64,000 nt of DNA, from assembly GCA_013115145.1 (NCBI GenBank), contig JAAPAO010000097.1:1-64000 (forward strand). The letters run 5' to 3'. The notes beneath the pieces are model-generated. The model made no database searches, had not been told where the DNA came from, and was given only the letters and a program-made list of their open reading frames with translations. The translations under genes and the position numbers were made by a program. Positions 23,892 to 38,100 of the stretch are shown here, piece by piece. Source of the stretch: Perkinsus chesapeaki ATCC PRA-425 (taxonomy: Eukaryota > Protista > Perkinsozoa). Each line of letters starts with the position of its first letter. The first letter of the stretch is position 1.

Positions 23892-26203
23892 TCATAGAAC
23901 TGGATACTTCTTCGAGGTTAATCTATACTCTCCACAGGCATCAGTGCTCAATCCGTCGGAGTCCAATGGTCGGAAAGCGACCCACGCCGAGCCCTTGCCA
24001 GCGGTAGATAAGTCAATCTCATGCCAGCCGACATATGAATCAGCCCTCGACCCGGTGATAAAGATCGAGTGTTCGCGTCCAGCCAGGCCGAACTCGGCTG
24101 TTGAACCTCGAGCTCCTTTTATTATTCGTAACGGTGATTTGTAGCAAAGGAAAATACTAGGCTCCACACTGAGCCCGCCCTGAGCGAAGTGACGGACTTC
24201 CACAGTTATAGAACGCACTTCTTCCAGTGGCGTCAGTGAACTCCCGTGACGGGGATGGCTCTTTAGAGAATTGCCAGAGTTGGAGACGGTAGCAGCCCCT
24301 GTGAGCGGCAACTCGCTTCTGGAAGTGGCCAGAACATCCTGTTCGATCACTGACAGTGATCCTTTGACCTTAGAGTGACCCACTATGAAATCGAAGCCAC
24401 CAGCTACGCTGTCGGGTGTCTCTGGTATGAGCTGGGGAGTATCCCTCATATCCTCTATTCCCGGCCTAGACGGGTCATTCCACATCTCGGACTTCCACGA
24501 TACCGAGCTTCGAGTCAAGTCCTCAATGCCATCGCTTATGACCATGCGTAAACAAAGGCCTTGTTCAAATGTGATCATGTGTCTACTTTCAAAGTGTCTC
24601 ACAACCGCCGTTGATATCTCCACTTTATCCGCGTTAAGAAGCGCTACGACCAACTGAGTGTCCGGGTTAACCTCACCCAGCACCATCGCCTGTCTCAACG
24701 GAAGCCTTGCCTCGTGACCCGGCGTACATCTGATCCAAGCAATCTCGCCCGGCGATTCGCCAATCTGATGAAGACATACGAATGGCCATCTCTCTGGCTT
24801 GCTGGTCAAAAGAACTTTCAATTCTCCCGATGGCTCGAGTGAGATAGGGAACTCTTCATTTTCCTCAAGAACTCTCGGATCCAATGCCCCGATAGAAACC
24901 GCCGACCCTCCGGAATCCATGACGGCAAAAACGATAATTGAATCAAGATATGCATCCACAGCGACATCGCTGTTGAAAACAGCATTGTTATCAGACTCGA
25001 CTCGTTTGGTGTAGTGGGGATCGCTACATGACATCTTGACGAGCTCGTCGGCGTCTCTCGACGGTAGCAAGAAAGTAGCACGAGCAATGTCTCCCGTACA
25101 CGCGTTGAGTCGCACAAGGCATGCTTTCTCAGCTAAGCCAGTTATGCTGATCACCCGCAAGACATTTCGGTAGCGTCTACCATCTGAATGCCTAGCAGGC
25201 TCCGTCCAGGTTCTCACCAAGTTGGTAAGTTCGTCGATCGGCATCAGACTCCAGCTTAGGCGAACAGTCGCGCCGTCGAGATCCAAGCCGACGGAGCTTG
25301 GATGCAAACTTTCTTGCGTGAGATAATTCCGTAAATGGTATTCCCTTCTGTGCTGAGGGAATCTCATATCGGTCGCCGTCTCGAAGATTGGTATGATCAC
25401 CGACCGATCTGCAGTGAGCTGGAACTGATCCTTACCAAGCACACAGTCTATTCTTCCCTCAAGGGTCCCCAGATAGATATATATCCAAGGTGTGAGCTCA
25501 CAGTTTACTTCAATCATGCTCCACGAACAAGACGGGCAGAGCGAGTTCAATGATAGGATTACGGGACCCTCTTCCCGCGCTACAAAGTGACTAAATGCCA
25601 GTCCCGCCGTGGAAGAGCTCTCGCGTAAAATCAGAACCATTTCACACTCGTTCTGTCTGCTAATCGCATCGAATCGCATGCAACCTGGAATGGCGCAACT
25701 TGCGGTGGCAGTTTCCTGGGTGAAAGGCGGGAGCCTCAGTTCTGCGAACGCCTCAGTATCGCCGTGAGAAGGGCACCGCTCAGATCTTTGTGGAAGACCA
25801 ACTTTCACTGCCCACCGGACATAGTCTGAGCGAGCTGTGATCGTAGCTGGTATCGGTGGTACTAGAAAGTTGGAGGTGGAGCATCGCAGCCGTACGCAGT
25901 ATTCTAGCTTATACTGATGCTGCTTATCCCAGTGGACCGTTAAATAACTGGGAGCCCCTAAACGCGCCTTTATATTGCCAAAGAGGGCAGCCTCGTGCTC
26001 TACCGGATCACCAATAAACCTGCGAAGAAGCGACGATCCATCCAACTTGGATGATCAAAGAACAAAGCACCAAATTTGGTTAATTGCCGCCACAAATTGA
26101 AGTTAGGTGGCTGATTCGGGGGAGCTGCGCTAGCGAACGCTGTCCAGAGCATCCTTTGGGAATGTACTAGAGCCATCCTGGTGGGCATCAACGCCAGATG
26201 CAT
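23892..26203 (-). CDS. Orphan protein with one 717-codon exon and a probable short upstream exon
   Basis: 2.15-kb uninterrupted frame, cttcttcgcag acceptor near its 5' end, upstream ORF 26000-26203; a paralogous fragment exists at 18650-19220. Confidence 0.7.
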
Positions 26204-26995
26204 GAATATATTTTAAGGGGATCCGAGACCTTGCAAGTATTAATTCCAACGGCGTTCAATGAGCGTCGAGAGTGATACTAAGCATTGCTCATTAATAATA
26301 TCACATACTATATCTATAAGCTTCACAGCGTGAATATGTCATCGAACTTCGATTCGTGAATTTCGCAAAGTCAGAGGTGTAAACCTGCATGCCTCCGAAG
26401 CCTACCGTCGCTCCTTCCTTATCAAACTTAGCCTGACTTCCGCCCAGGTCTGTGACTGTATCATAGGTAATTCAAACGACACAACTTCCAACGGAGCGAG
26501 TCGACCACGATCTGGAGCTCGCGTACAAACCGTCTCAGGGTCTGGGTGATGACGCAGCTGTAATTTGAGAAAGCTGTCCTCATCTATTGCATGCCCCTCT
26601 AAGCTTTCTATTGAGGTTGGGCAGAACTGAAAAACTATAATGGCGTGCAGTCACATTGGGAAACGTTGTGGGATAATCACACTGAGATATTACGAATTGC
26701 CTGTATAGTGAAGTGTTTATCAGCGTGAGTCGACGTTATTAGCAACTAGGGTGAAATTCAAGGTATTCGGTTCGGCTCACAGCACCGTCAAGTAGGGCAC
26801 TCTGACGAGCTTTCGAGTGCCGTAAGGGTCACCGACAGATTCGTCCTTCCGGAAAAGTAATTCGGAAAAGCACATTTTTCCGGGCCAACCTGTAGTTTCT
26901 AATTGTGAGGAGGTCGAGGGCAAACTAGTGGAGCTCACGGAGTAGCTCGAAGCAATGGGACGTGATAGGTTTAAAAAAGGTTGGTCAGGAAAAAT

Positions 26996-28400
26996 TCACA
27001 GCGTCTCCTCCAAAAAAAGTATCAGCCTTCCGAAAGTTGAACCCTCCGACCTGGAGCACCATCCATCTTTCAGCCCAGAGTTCAATCGTGACATAGCACT
27101 CATGCGGCGCCCCATCGCCGATTTGGACCGGTATCCGAAGTTCCGAAGGCTCGTCTTGACAAAACTGATGTCAGCGGTTTCAGATTCCCCGCCGGTCAGA
27201 CTCACCGCGTTCAGTCGCACGTTGAGTTTTTCACATTGTCCCAGCAGAATGTCGGCCACTAAGCCTTTTCTCTTATCCCACACCTCGATCTCAAGTTCGA
27301 GCTCACCGGTTACGCGCTCGAGCGTGCGAGAGTAGCTCCATGTCGGATTCCTTGTGTTTGGGCAGACACATGTCTCGATGGTTTCACAGCCCAATTGAAG
27401 CTTCACATAGGGATCGCAGCAGCCTCCAAGCCACTTGTCTTGAGATAGGTCGGGAAGATTTGCAGCACCAACAACCGTCAGCGTCACGCGGTAGATTTGT
27501 CTGGCGTCGCTTTCAGTACGGCTGGCGTGATCGCTAGTCAACCTGGAGCCCTGCGGCATCGGTTGCTTTCGTTTCGGTTGTATTAGACGTGGAGACGTTT
27601 GTCGTTGCTCAATTGCTGTGGCGAGATCTCGCGCACGCTCGAGATTCTCCAGGAATTTTGCCGATTGCCTGGGGTGCTCTACGCGCCTTTCCGCGTCGAG
27701 ATTTGTAACAGAATCCCTAAAAACCAGCGCTTACTTGACCATCGCCATAATTGCCCTACCGGCAAGATAAGTTCGAAGCAGGTCCCATCAAGGGCACCCT
27801 GGCGATTCGACATCGCATGAGCTCATCTATCTTGTCAACTCTTCTCGTCATAGCCTCCTCCAAATGCGCCTAGGAAAGATTTAGAAGATGCTAAGCAAGG
27901 GTTGTATGACCAAGAACAGGGACTCAGTGAGTCCAACTCACGGAGAGTGTCGAGGAGCCGCTTTGTACTCTAAGCTTTCCCATTCCATTGAAAATTGAAT
28001 TTCAATTTCTTTTATTCTCAAATTGAGAACGAATCAGTGAATTTGGAAGTCGCGAATTCTACGGCTCGGGAAATCTGCCATATCAGTAGGCATTGGCGAA
28101 ACATCGTGCATAGTACCGTGCTACTAGTGCTTGCATTCGATGGTCTCGTACGAATAGTTGCACGGGGCCCTTCCCACCAGTTCATTCCGTCTCTCACTCC
28201 GATGATCGTTGTTTCGCACAGGTTTCCCTTGCAATTGCCTTATCTGTTCATCGAGCTCTCTAAGATTTTGTGCTAGAACATTTCGAGAGGACTCCCGTTT
28301 TCGCAATCTAGTCGGTCGTGTGTCCACCTCTGCACGGAGCTTCGACACAAACTCTGCAAAGTCGCCACCAAGCGAGTTCATCAAAGCAAATAAAGTTCCT
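26996..28400 (-). CDS. Coiled-coil plus C2 domain protein (multi-exon)
   Basis: VTLTVVGAANLPD...DPYVKLQLG...TRNPTW...LEIEVWDK...DILLGQC is a typical C2 domain; coiled-coil exons upstream (NLRELDEQIRQLQ). 5' end uncertain. Confidence 0.8.
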
Positions 28401-29148
28401 TATGAAAATATTTCCCCGTGAATCCTCCCTTAACATTTTGTCCGTTGCCATTCAGAGCTTTTGCTCAGCGAGCAGCTCCGAGAAAATAGTAGTAACTCCC
28501 TTGGCTGAATACTGATAAATCCTTGACCATTAGAACTCAACAGATTCCAGTCAAGCGTAAGAGTAACCTTAGTTGCAAATGCGAAGTGCCGATGACTCTT
28601 TCCAGCTGTCGGAGCAAACACGGTATTACGGGCGGATGAGGAATAGCGATATATAGAGTATATTTGCTTCATATCGCTACTCAGTCGGTTGCCATCTGAC
28701 AGTAGTACACTGGCTGCCCCGGGGCTAGTAGCCCAGCCCTGGTACCAGTCCGTCGACTAGTACTCAGGCCGAAAAAAATAGTTACTCCCCATCTCAATAG
28801 AGCGATGCCGAATCTGACAGGATAGTCTCTTGCAGCAGCTTCTCAAAAACTTGCTGCACTTGGTCTCGACTTAAACCAGGAATGCACTAAACCATTCAGT
28901 CAAGCTTTGACTGAACGGCTTCACTGTCAAAGTTATGAACCCCCCTCCGGATCATCTCAAAACTACAGCAAGCTGACACAGTGAGCTGGTGATTTTCCCG
29001 TCATGAAACCGTGGCGTCCTTTAAATCACAGCTCGCGTAATATCGCAAACTGCTGGAATCAAATCGGATAGCGACCAACAATTCCGCGGCCCACGTGTAA
29101 ATTAAGCACTGCAACCAAATACTGACATCATATCACACCAGCCAGCCA

Positions 29149-32100
29149 TCACGCGCCATGCCCAACTGACACTTCATCATCGTCTATATCATAATCCTCA
29201 TCATACTCCTCATCATCCCCAGGGTCCTTCTCCCACATAGCTTGCAACCTCGGATCAGCCAGGAGTGTCTCCTCTAACTCGGTGAACTTCTTTATTGCTT
29301 GAACTTCGTGGCGTGCTAGCCTCTGCTCCAGGATTTGGATACTGAAAAATCCTACTGGACAGTCAAACCATTGTCATGCTCGATAATGGCTCCCCGTGGA
29401 GTCCATTCAATTTTTAATGATATTTTATAACTTTTCTATTGATATGACGACATTGAATTGCTCTACAATCGCGTGCCCAGATGTAAATACATCTTGATGC
29501 TTACTCGACCTAGTGCTGCCGTTTAACTTCTTACCGGAACATCGCCAGTGTTTGATATTTCTCAAAGTCAGCTTCAGCTCGTCCTTGCTGAGCCTCTGGA
29601 CCACCCCGACGTTGAACTTGAGCGCGTCGCTTCTTCAACGCTTCCTGAACAGCAGCAGTGCAGGATATTCGCGAGTCACTGCGCCGCGAAATTGCCATCT
29701 CTACCAACTCTCCCCGACCCACCTGCTCATCTTCAAGTCTCTTCTGTATGATCGCTGCTCGGTCTAGAAGCCTCTTACGGAAGTCATTCTTGCACCTGCC
29801 AAGGAAAAAAAATTCCCGAGTCTGGGAAAAAATTATGTGACGGATAGGCATACAGCGCAACTGTTATTAGTTATACACTGGAAACTCACACGCGATTTCC
29901 CTGGGGATCAAGCATGCGCGAAAAGCTGCTCAGTCGAGGTACGGGATTCCTTCATAAACTAGCACAAATGGTAACGACCGCGAAAAAAACAATATTTTTT
30001 GACGAACATTTGCTTGTAGTAGCAATTGTCCATTCTTACTTTTTAGCCACGAATTCGGCCTGTAAAGCATCCAATTGCTTGCCAGGGAACTCCGACAGAT
30101 ATGGTGCCAAAATATCCACCTGAAACACGAACCAACCTCGGACACTTTGTCGGACTCAACTGCTACTATCACACATCAGTGATAGCTGCACGTCTCAGCA
30201 CTGATTGAGATACAGAAGATTATTTCAATTAGTAATTGTGATTGTGTTGGCACACAATCCGCTGTCTCCTTCCATGAAAGCTAGGCTAAGTGCAAAGTTT
30301 CAATATTGTTTGTTCAACAAAGGTATCTTTGTTTACAGGTGTCGAGTTCCTGTAATAACAGTAATACTCTCGGGATGGTCCGGATACCAAAGCTGAGCAT
30401 TGTGATACCACACGTTGTGATATTGTAGGAAAGTTTTACATGCTAGGTATGTTATTTTCCAATATGGATTTTACGATTGCATTCGTATCAATATTATGAT
30501 GGGGAATGCAATCGGACGTTCGCCTTGACCACTCGGCCAACCTGCTCTCCCAACGCTCCAAGCTGACTGAGTGTCGGGTGACCGTCGGCTGTATGGTTTT
30601 ATATTTTAGGAGATCATTATCATAAATTGTGATTCATACGGCTGTACTTATTCTGCATCTTCACCGCAGCATCACCACTACCAATGATACTATATAATTT
30701 CTCACTAGAGGAGGAGCGATCTCCCTCTACCTATCAACTATACTGTTCGTTTCTCCATTCCTTTTTCAGCAGACCACTACAAAAGGGTAAAAATCCATGG
30801 GACTATCACCAATATTCGTGCTCTCGCCGATTTTCGCTCGGGAGTATTTCTCATGCTTGGAAGCGACACTTTCAAGCGAAGATCGGGCAAAACTGTGAAG
30901 CGAGACACTCGGAGCGTTCCTCACCTTTTTGGTAGAGTTCTTATCCTGTTCTCCACCCGAAGGATCATCCACATCATCGAGCCGAGTTGTCACTTTCATC
31001 GAGCTATCTCTAGCGTAGTCGTAGACATCGCGGACCAACGCCTGAAAGAGTCACGCGCCACGTTATTTACATTTTTCTTGTATAGCTGAAGATGGCTCCC
31101 ACGGCCCTTGGTCTCCTAATGCTAATATTTCCGATAATAATTCATTTTCAAGCCGACAATTTGTAGATAATAAACCAAACATTTGTCTGTCGCGTGAAGG
31201 CACGCCGATGCCCATGCCTCGTATCATTGTGTAAAAGGGACAGTGTTCAAGAAATTTGGTTGAATACATATTTTAGCGATGAGAAAAAATGCACGTGAAC
31301 ATTCTTTCCGATTTTTCCATCCCGTATCGTCAAGGAGTCATTTTTCCGAGGAAATTCCAGAGCTCTGAAACTGAGGACTGCCAGCAGATACTCCAACACT
31401 CGTAAGCACCGAGAAACTCCAGCCCAATGTTTCTCACCAGATTTCGTTTATTCCCCAGATTCTCCTCGGCGCCCACTGGTAGTGAGGCGAAATCTGGTAT
31501 AATTGGGCCACCACTGATGCCCATCGCTGAACAAGAAAACGCTCGATTGCAACGCGAATAGTAATAGTTACTTGAAAATAAAAAAATACCGAGAAAATCA
31601 ATTTTAACATAATCGAGCTCCGGTGAAGTATTCCGTCCAACACTCAACTGGGAAACAGTGTATCCGATAAATTCTCCCTAAAAGTTGGAAAACTGTCCTA
31701 CACGAAAATTTCTTATTTCTGCCTTCTTCGCGAAACACCTGTTGCCATCGTTCAACAACCCCTACCATTCTGTGCGACCGGCGCAGCCTCCTGCTGTGCC
31801 ACTAGTCTTATGCTCTTCACGTTGCTCTCCTCCTTGCGACGAAGAGCGAGCTCAGTAGTGACTGGCAACCAACTGATTTAACTTTCACTCGCAAAACGTA
31901 CTGCGATTCATCGTCTCGACGAAGTTGTGTTTGCAACTTTTTTCAAGTTGCATGAGCTGATGCAACTGTCTCGGCGTCGGCAGTTCTATTTCTTCGCCGG
32001 CTCCCATGCGGCTGAGCTTGTCGAGTCTGAAGCACCACAGATCTACGCAGATCGGATGTGAGAGTCATCACGTAAGGGAAGTTCCGTCGGAGGTTTTGTG

Positions 32101-35100
32101 GAATGTGAGCTGCTGACCGGAGAGCCTTCCCTCTGGTCGATGATATGTGATACGAATCGACTTTGTCAAGAGGTTGAACACTATCTTGCCTGATAAAAAG
32201 ATAAGCATGTAAATTGTCGGGTGTATAGCTCAGTGGTAGAGCGGCTGACTGCAGATCAGCAGGTCCTCGGTTCAAATCCGGGTACGCCCTTCTCACTGCA
32301 CAATTCGGTTATCAAACACATCTGTTTGTTAACCTCCTCATCTGGCTTTCTGTACTTCTGTGCCATCTTTACCATAGGAATGTCACCGAGAGATTCTGAC
32401 ACGACAATCACTCCGATGGAATGAGCACCTATGTCTAGTTAAGCGAGTCTGGATGTTTCTCGTAACATCTCCAAACCGTTTGAACTCGCGAATGCAGTCA
32501 TCATAATATCGTAACATCGAACAACATTTATAAATCCGAGAAACAAGTTCCCGACAAAAGAAGACAACTTACCTATTGGCAGACTAGGCAAACTCCGACT
32601 CATCTTCGTTCCCTTCAGCGACCGATCTATCTTCACCGAATGGTATTCCAGAAGATCATCCCGATCGATAAAATACTCCTATCAACCACAGCGTCCCCTC
32701 GACTCGTCCAGAGCCACCTCACTTTAATTTTCTCGCCGATTCTATCCACGGTACGTTCGAGCCCATCTGGTCTGGTCTCGTGGAAGTACTCCATGCAGCG
32801 CCACTTCTCGTCAATATCGATTAAACTCTGAAAAGCCGTAACGTTCCCTCCCACGACTCATCTGGCAGAGCTCACCTTCAAAGCACCCGATCGGCCACGC
32901 TCGAAATCTTCCCTGATGGCTGTGTCGGCTAGATACCTCAACGCACAAGTGGATGGCGAGCGGTATACGGACCAAACTCACTTCACTCGATTCTTCAGCA
33001 TATCCTTTCGCTGTTTGTAGGTCTCGGTTATCATAACAGGAAGGCGCAGTCGTAGGTCTTTAAATCGAGTCACTCTGGAATAAAAAACGATCGAAGACGA
33101 AGAACCTCGTCCAGGAAATCGCTGGAAAGAATTATGTCAACTTCCTTCCAAAACTTGAGAAATAGGATCATTTTCAAGTTACATTATCTATGCAACTTAC
33201 ATACACCAATAACGTTCGCTTATGGTGAACGCTATGTTACTAGCGCTGTTATTAACTCTAAACACTGACTACATTTAAAGTAGTGAAATCAAGTAGCATT
33301 GCATTAACAAGCAGCTTCAGCAATTGCTTCAGTATAGGAGTCCTGTGCGTGAACCACACAGTGTAATGTAGTGTCGCATGACGGCCACAATGCGACGTAA
33401 AGATTCTTTACCAAAGAACATCTCTATTCGACTCAGGTACAATCAGTCGAATCAACCAAGGTTGCGGGGTACTCAAGTGAGTTTGTCGGCTGAGTTATCA
33501 CCGGATGGCACGTAGTTGACTGAGACGGTAATTGTGTCTATTCAATCATGTCGTTGATAATCTGAAAGCGTCCTTCGACGAAGGGTTTGGTAGATGCCAG
33601 TGAGATTCACCCAGCGATCTCCATACAACAGCTTATGTCAGTTGAGGCACGAAACATCCAATATTTTACAAAATAATATGAATAGCGGCGTATTACAGTG
33701 TTACTATCAGTCAGAATCAGTGCATTATTACGCCCTAAACTACTCAACAGCTACGTTCAAGCCTCGGATTACCCCGTCTAACTCTGCGACGTTGATGTGT
33801 CGCTCGCATCCGACGGCACGAAACCAAGAGCGTCCTCAACTTGCATCTTCCCAAAGAGCAAAACTGCGCCGAGAGCCACTGAACGACCGTCAGTGTAGTG
33901 AATTTATCCTTCCATTGAATTTAGAATGGAGGAATGGAGACTCCACTTGGGAAAGCTTTCAAGAGCTGGGCGGGGGACTCCCCCCACTCCCCCATGGGGG
34001 ATGATCGCCAGGAGTACGGTGTGGGCGTAAGACCGAAAAATACTTTCGGGGAAAGGCGAGGGAAAGTCCGACGCGACTCTACGTAATCAAGTCGAATCGA
34101 ACCTTCAGCGCCACCGATAGGTCACGTATCCAATATGAAAGCTACGTATTCGATACGTAATCAAATTGAGACCGGTAAACTGCACACGGACCCTCCAGGC
34201 ACACCAAGGAGCTAATAGACGGTGATCATCAAATTTTGTTTGGGGCACGGCCCGTGCCCTTTCGGGTAATCCGACACGGGAGACAGACTCTATCACTGCT
34301 CAGCCCTATGCCGTGAAGTTCACGGCATTTGCTATAAAATCTATAGCCGACCAGAGTGCTTCGCGCGGTGTGGTCAAACTATCGGTCAACGCGTACTAAA
34401 CCGCACGGTTCACCGTCTCCGGTGCATCTTATCCGATATTCAAGAGCTGCTCAGCGCGGCATGCGTCCTTACCTACCAGCTCGCCGACTTCGGATGCTCA
34501 AGCCAGTTAAAGCTTGAGCATCCGGTCGAACTTTAACTTGTCGGATATCCGACTTCTTGAAAACGAGTAGAAATGTTAAGCTCAGATGGCAGAGGCTGAG
34601 GATGTTGATTTAGAATAACTGTAAGTCATTAACTGACAGGAATATCGAAAATTCGCTTGTATGTATGCATCCGCAGTTTTATTCTCCGATTAGAGAAATA
34701 TCATTGAGCGATGACTGTAGTGCCGCGGCAGAATATTCGTATATAAAAGCCGCTCATTCTTGTCACATCCACGCTGGTCGTAGGGCTAAACCATAGCTCA
34801 CGACAATACTCCCTCGATTCACATGTCAAAATTGCATTCTCGCAGATCGTCACCTTTCAACGACTCCATCCGGCTGCGAGTAAGGTGCGAAGAGCTCCAA
34901 GATCGCTTTGCGATATTTCTCCATTCGCACCCCTCTGTCGCAGTAACGCACACCGTATCTGAAAGAATCAACTCCACCTGTCTTTCGTCTCCAGCGAACC
35001 TGTCTTTCGGTATCAACGGTGGTGCCGCCCAACTTGCCGGAACATCTTCGACAGTAAGAGGTCTCGGGAGGTCATATACCCCTACTAGATATGCCAGTGG

Positions 35101-38100
35101 GACCGGAGGAGGCGTGGGCTCTGACAGGGAATAAGGAAATTGGAGTACTCAGCGGGGATTTAGAAGTGTGTATGAGTAACACTGGAAGATAGGCATATGT
35201 AATTACGAAAGAGGTGTGCTCATGATCTACGAAGGGTCGTCCGGGTTGACTGAACCCACGAAATTTTTGGGCACGGACTTTCGACTGAAGGACCGAGGTT
35301 TGATAAAAAAGTGCATCACAGTTGAATATCCTTCGTTAAAAGAATCAAAGTTGAAACCTGTCATCAATGGAGGGCCATACCGTAGTGGTTTCCTGTACAA
35401 CAGTTTAGATGGCAATGACTAAATGTATTCCGCGAATATCAACTCTTCGGAACAGTTGTAATTAGGTTGCTGTTCTTACCTTCATCAACACCAACGTTAT
35501 TCTCTTCCTCCACTTCAGCACCTTCATCGGCCTTCACCTCACCGTCCGGCTGCTTAGAATCAACAAGAACGGGCTGAACGAGGAGGGGAAAGTGAAACCG
35601 TCAAAAGATACTCTTTAGGTTGAGTAAAGTAAAGGTGACAGGTAGGAATAATTGCGAGGATCCACTTTTTGGAAGGCAGACTCTCAGCTCATTCCAAGAT
35701 CCAGTTTATCTATAATATCCATTAAGAGATACAAACGGCATCATCATTCAGAGATTCTGTTCCTCGCGAGAAACATCTTTGTGGAATCTCCTTTCAATCG
35801 CATTTGAAATGATTCCTATCTTGATCCTCACCTCATAACAGCGTGTGTTGCGGACATCCATACTAACGCCTGTCAGATTCATTTTTGCTCGGAGTGGCCT
35901 TCGACCTTCGGATGGCTCATCATCGACGGAGCTCTTCTGGATGTTAACCCAAACATTCCGGTTGTTCCACACTGTGTCGACCGCAAGATACCTATTGCGC
36001 ACCGGGAAGATTTCTTCTACTGGCATTTGCATCTCGCGGCTTACGGACAAGGCTCCAGAGCTGGACCTTTATAAGTGGAACCTAACATCAATATCTTTAA
36101 CGACGAGAGAATCATGTCCCACAAATTCAACAGTGTAGCTTTTAGTAGTGTGGATATATTCCGGCAAGCTCGTCGATATATTTCGGCGATGCTGAGCGGA
36201 ATGGTCTCCCCAAAAAATTTAGGACAAATTCCGTGAGACTCTGTCTGGGAAGTTTTGTCAAAGTTCTATCCCTAAGACACACATCAACTACTTGATCAGA
36301 GACAAATAAGCTCGTTTCATTGTATGAGCTGGCGTTGAAGCACTGTATGTGATATAATCTCGAAGACTGGTTTATATGTACAAGGGAAAGCCCTTATCGT
36401 CTCTCCATTGAGGTAGGAGTAATTTTTTACAATAGATCTGAAGTCGTGACTAATCCTCTTCCCGCTCACTGGGCTCGACTTCAGTAGAGAATATGATCCC
36501 CGTGGTTGGTTCAACAAACACATCTCGGGTGACATCTCTCGACCCCTTACGGACCAACACCCAGCAGTGTGCTCGCCGACCTGCGATGAAAATCAAATTG
36601 ATCACTCATTTATCGTGCACTGGTTAAATTGAATGAACCCTACGCGGCACATAAAGACTCACCAATGAACTCTGAGGGCTCTCCAACATTATCGTTGTGG
36701 CTGCTGCTGCTGCCGAGATCCTTCATATTCGCTGATAGTGCGGCAATAAAGTCCATGTCCTCTTCCTGATAATGCCATATGGGATCCAGAGGAGATGAAG
36801 AACTTTTCGACTGATCTCACATCTTCAGTTTCGGCATCGTCCGAGTCGCTCCTTTCCGCTTCATAGGCAGCTTGAGCTTCCAGACGAGCCTGAGGAAGTG
36901 GAGTAGGCTTGAGTGAGCTCAGGAAGACATATACAGGTCCGCGGTAGTATAGAGGTTAGTATTCCTGCCTGTCACGTAGGAGACCCGGGTTCAATTTCCG
37001 GCCGCGGAAGTTTATATCTACCTTTGCTTTTCCTTCTTCCTTCACATATTCACTCTCCAGAGGAGGCTTCTTCACCAACGAGAATTCCGGACCTGAAACA
37101 ACAACGACACCATTCGAGGCATCAACAATCTGCAACGAATCAGTACGAGGTATTTGTATTAGTTAATTTTCGTACTTTCAGCACCTCCCAACCGAAAAGT
37201 ACGAATATCTGACCAGCTTAATCAATACCCATCAAGGCCAACACGCGCACATGTCATTCGTGCACGACAGGAACGCCACATGAGACTGCTTTAAATTCCA
37301 AACGCAGCGCACACTTGAGTGAGTCGTGTGGAGCACAAAGCATGCTCGCTGAATCTCACCGAGAGTTTTTTCGATCATATCCACCGAGCTTCGTCTCCTG
37401 CCTCCACTCAAACTGCCTCGACGAGCAGGCTGCGGAACTGACCAAGGATAATCCACTCATAGCCACTTCGGCTCCTTACCAAGCGGAGTTGCTGGCTCAT
37501 CTTCGTCAGTGGCTTTCGGACGGGGCAGCAGAAAATCAATATACCTGAGCAACTATTTCGCATCTCTTCCGAGAACCTTGTAGTGAATTTCATCAATCCA
37601 CCCGTGCCGATCGACTGACTTAACCGGAGAGCAAAGCCTTGGATCAGGGCTTCTCGAGGCCCTCGAATATACTTCTGCTAAAACACAATCTCATTTTTCC
37701 GACTTGCTGGCCCAGAAAACCAAATGATTCAACTGGGCAGTTGTCCATAATATCGACAACTCTCTATCAAATGATCGCCGAAGGAAAAGGCTCAGCTATC
37801 CTCAAATGATAGAAATGGGGGAAATTCAGGGCAGAAGCTGGGGAAGTTTGCCAATGACCAATCTCACCTTTGCAGCATTTTCCTCTCTTCCGTCACATCT
37901 GAACCATCACTGGCATCACGTGCCTGAGACGAGAAGCAGCGTGCAATTTCGGCAACCCGAGTTTTCCAACTTCTCTTCGTTCAGTCTTCCTCCTCCCAGT
38001 GCCCCCCTAACTCTAGCTTATAACTTAATCCATTCTATACAATCACGACACTGTACTCCGCAGTAACTCGAGTAAAATCCGGCATATAGCTTGCCGAGAG

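Noticed and set aside
31943-32296. 117-aa ORF starting MRRAYPDLNRGPADLQSAAL
   Set aside because: Antisense translation of tRNA-Cys running into DRC7 sequence; ORFs at 36913 and 51021 are similar tRNA artefacts.
34090-34110. Additional GGTTCGATTC motif (minus)
   Set aside because: No T-stem pairing, acceptor register or oligo-T.
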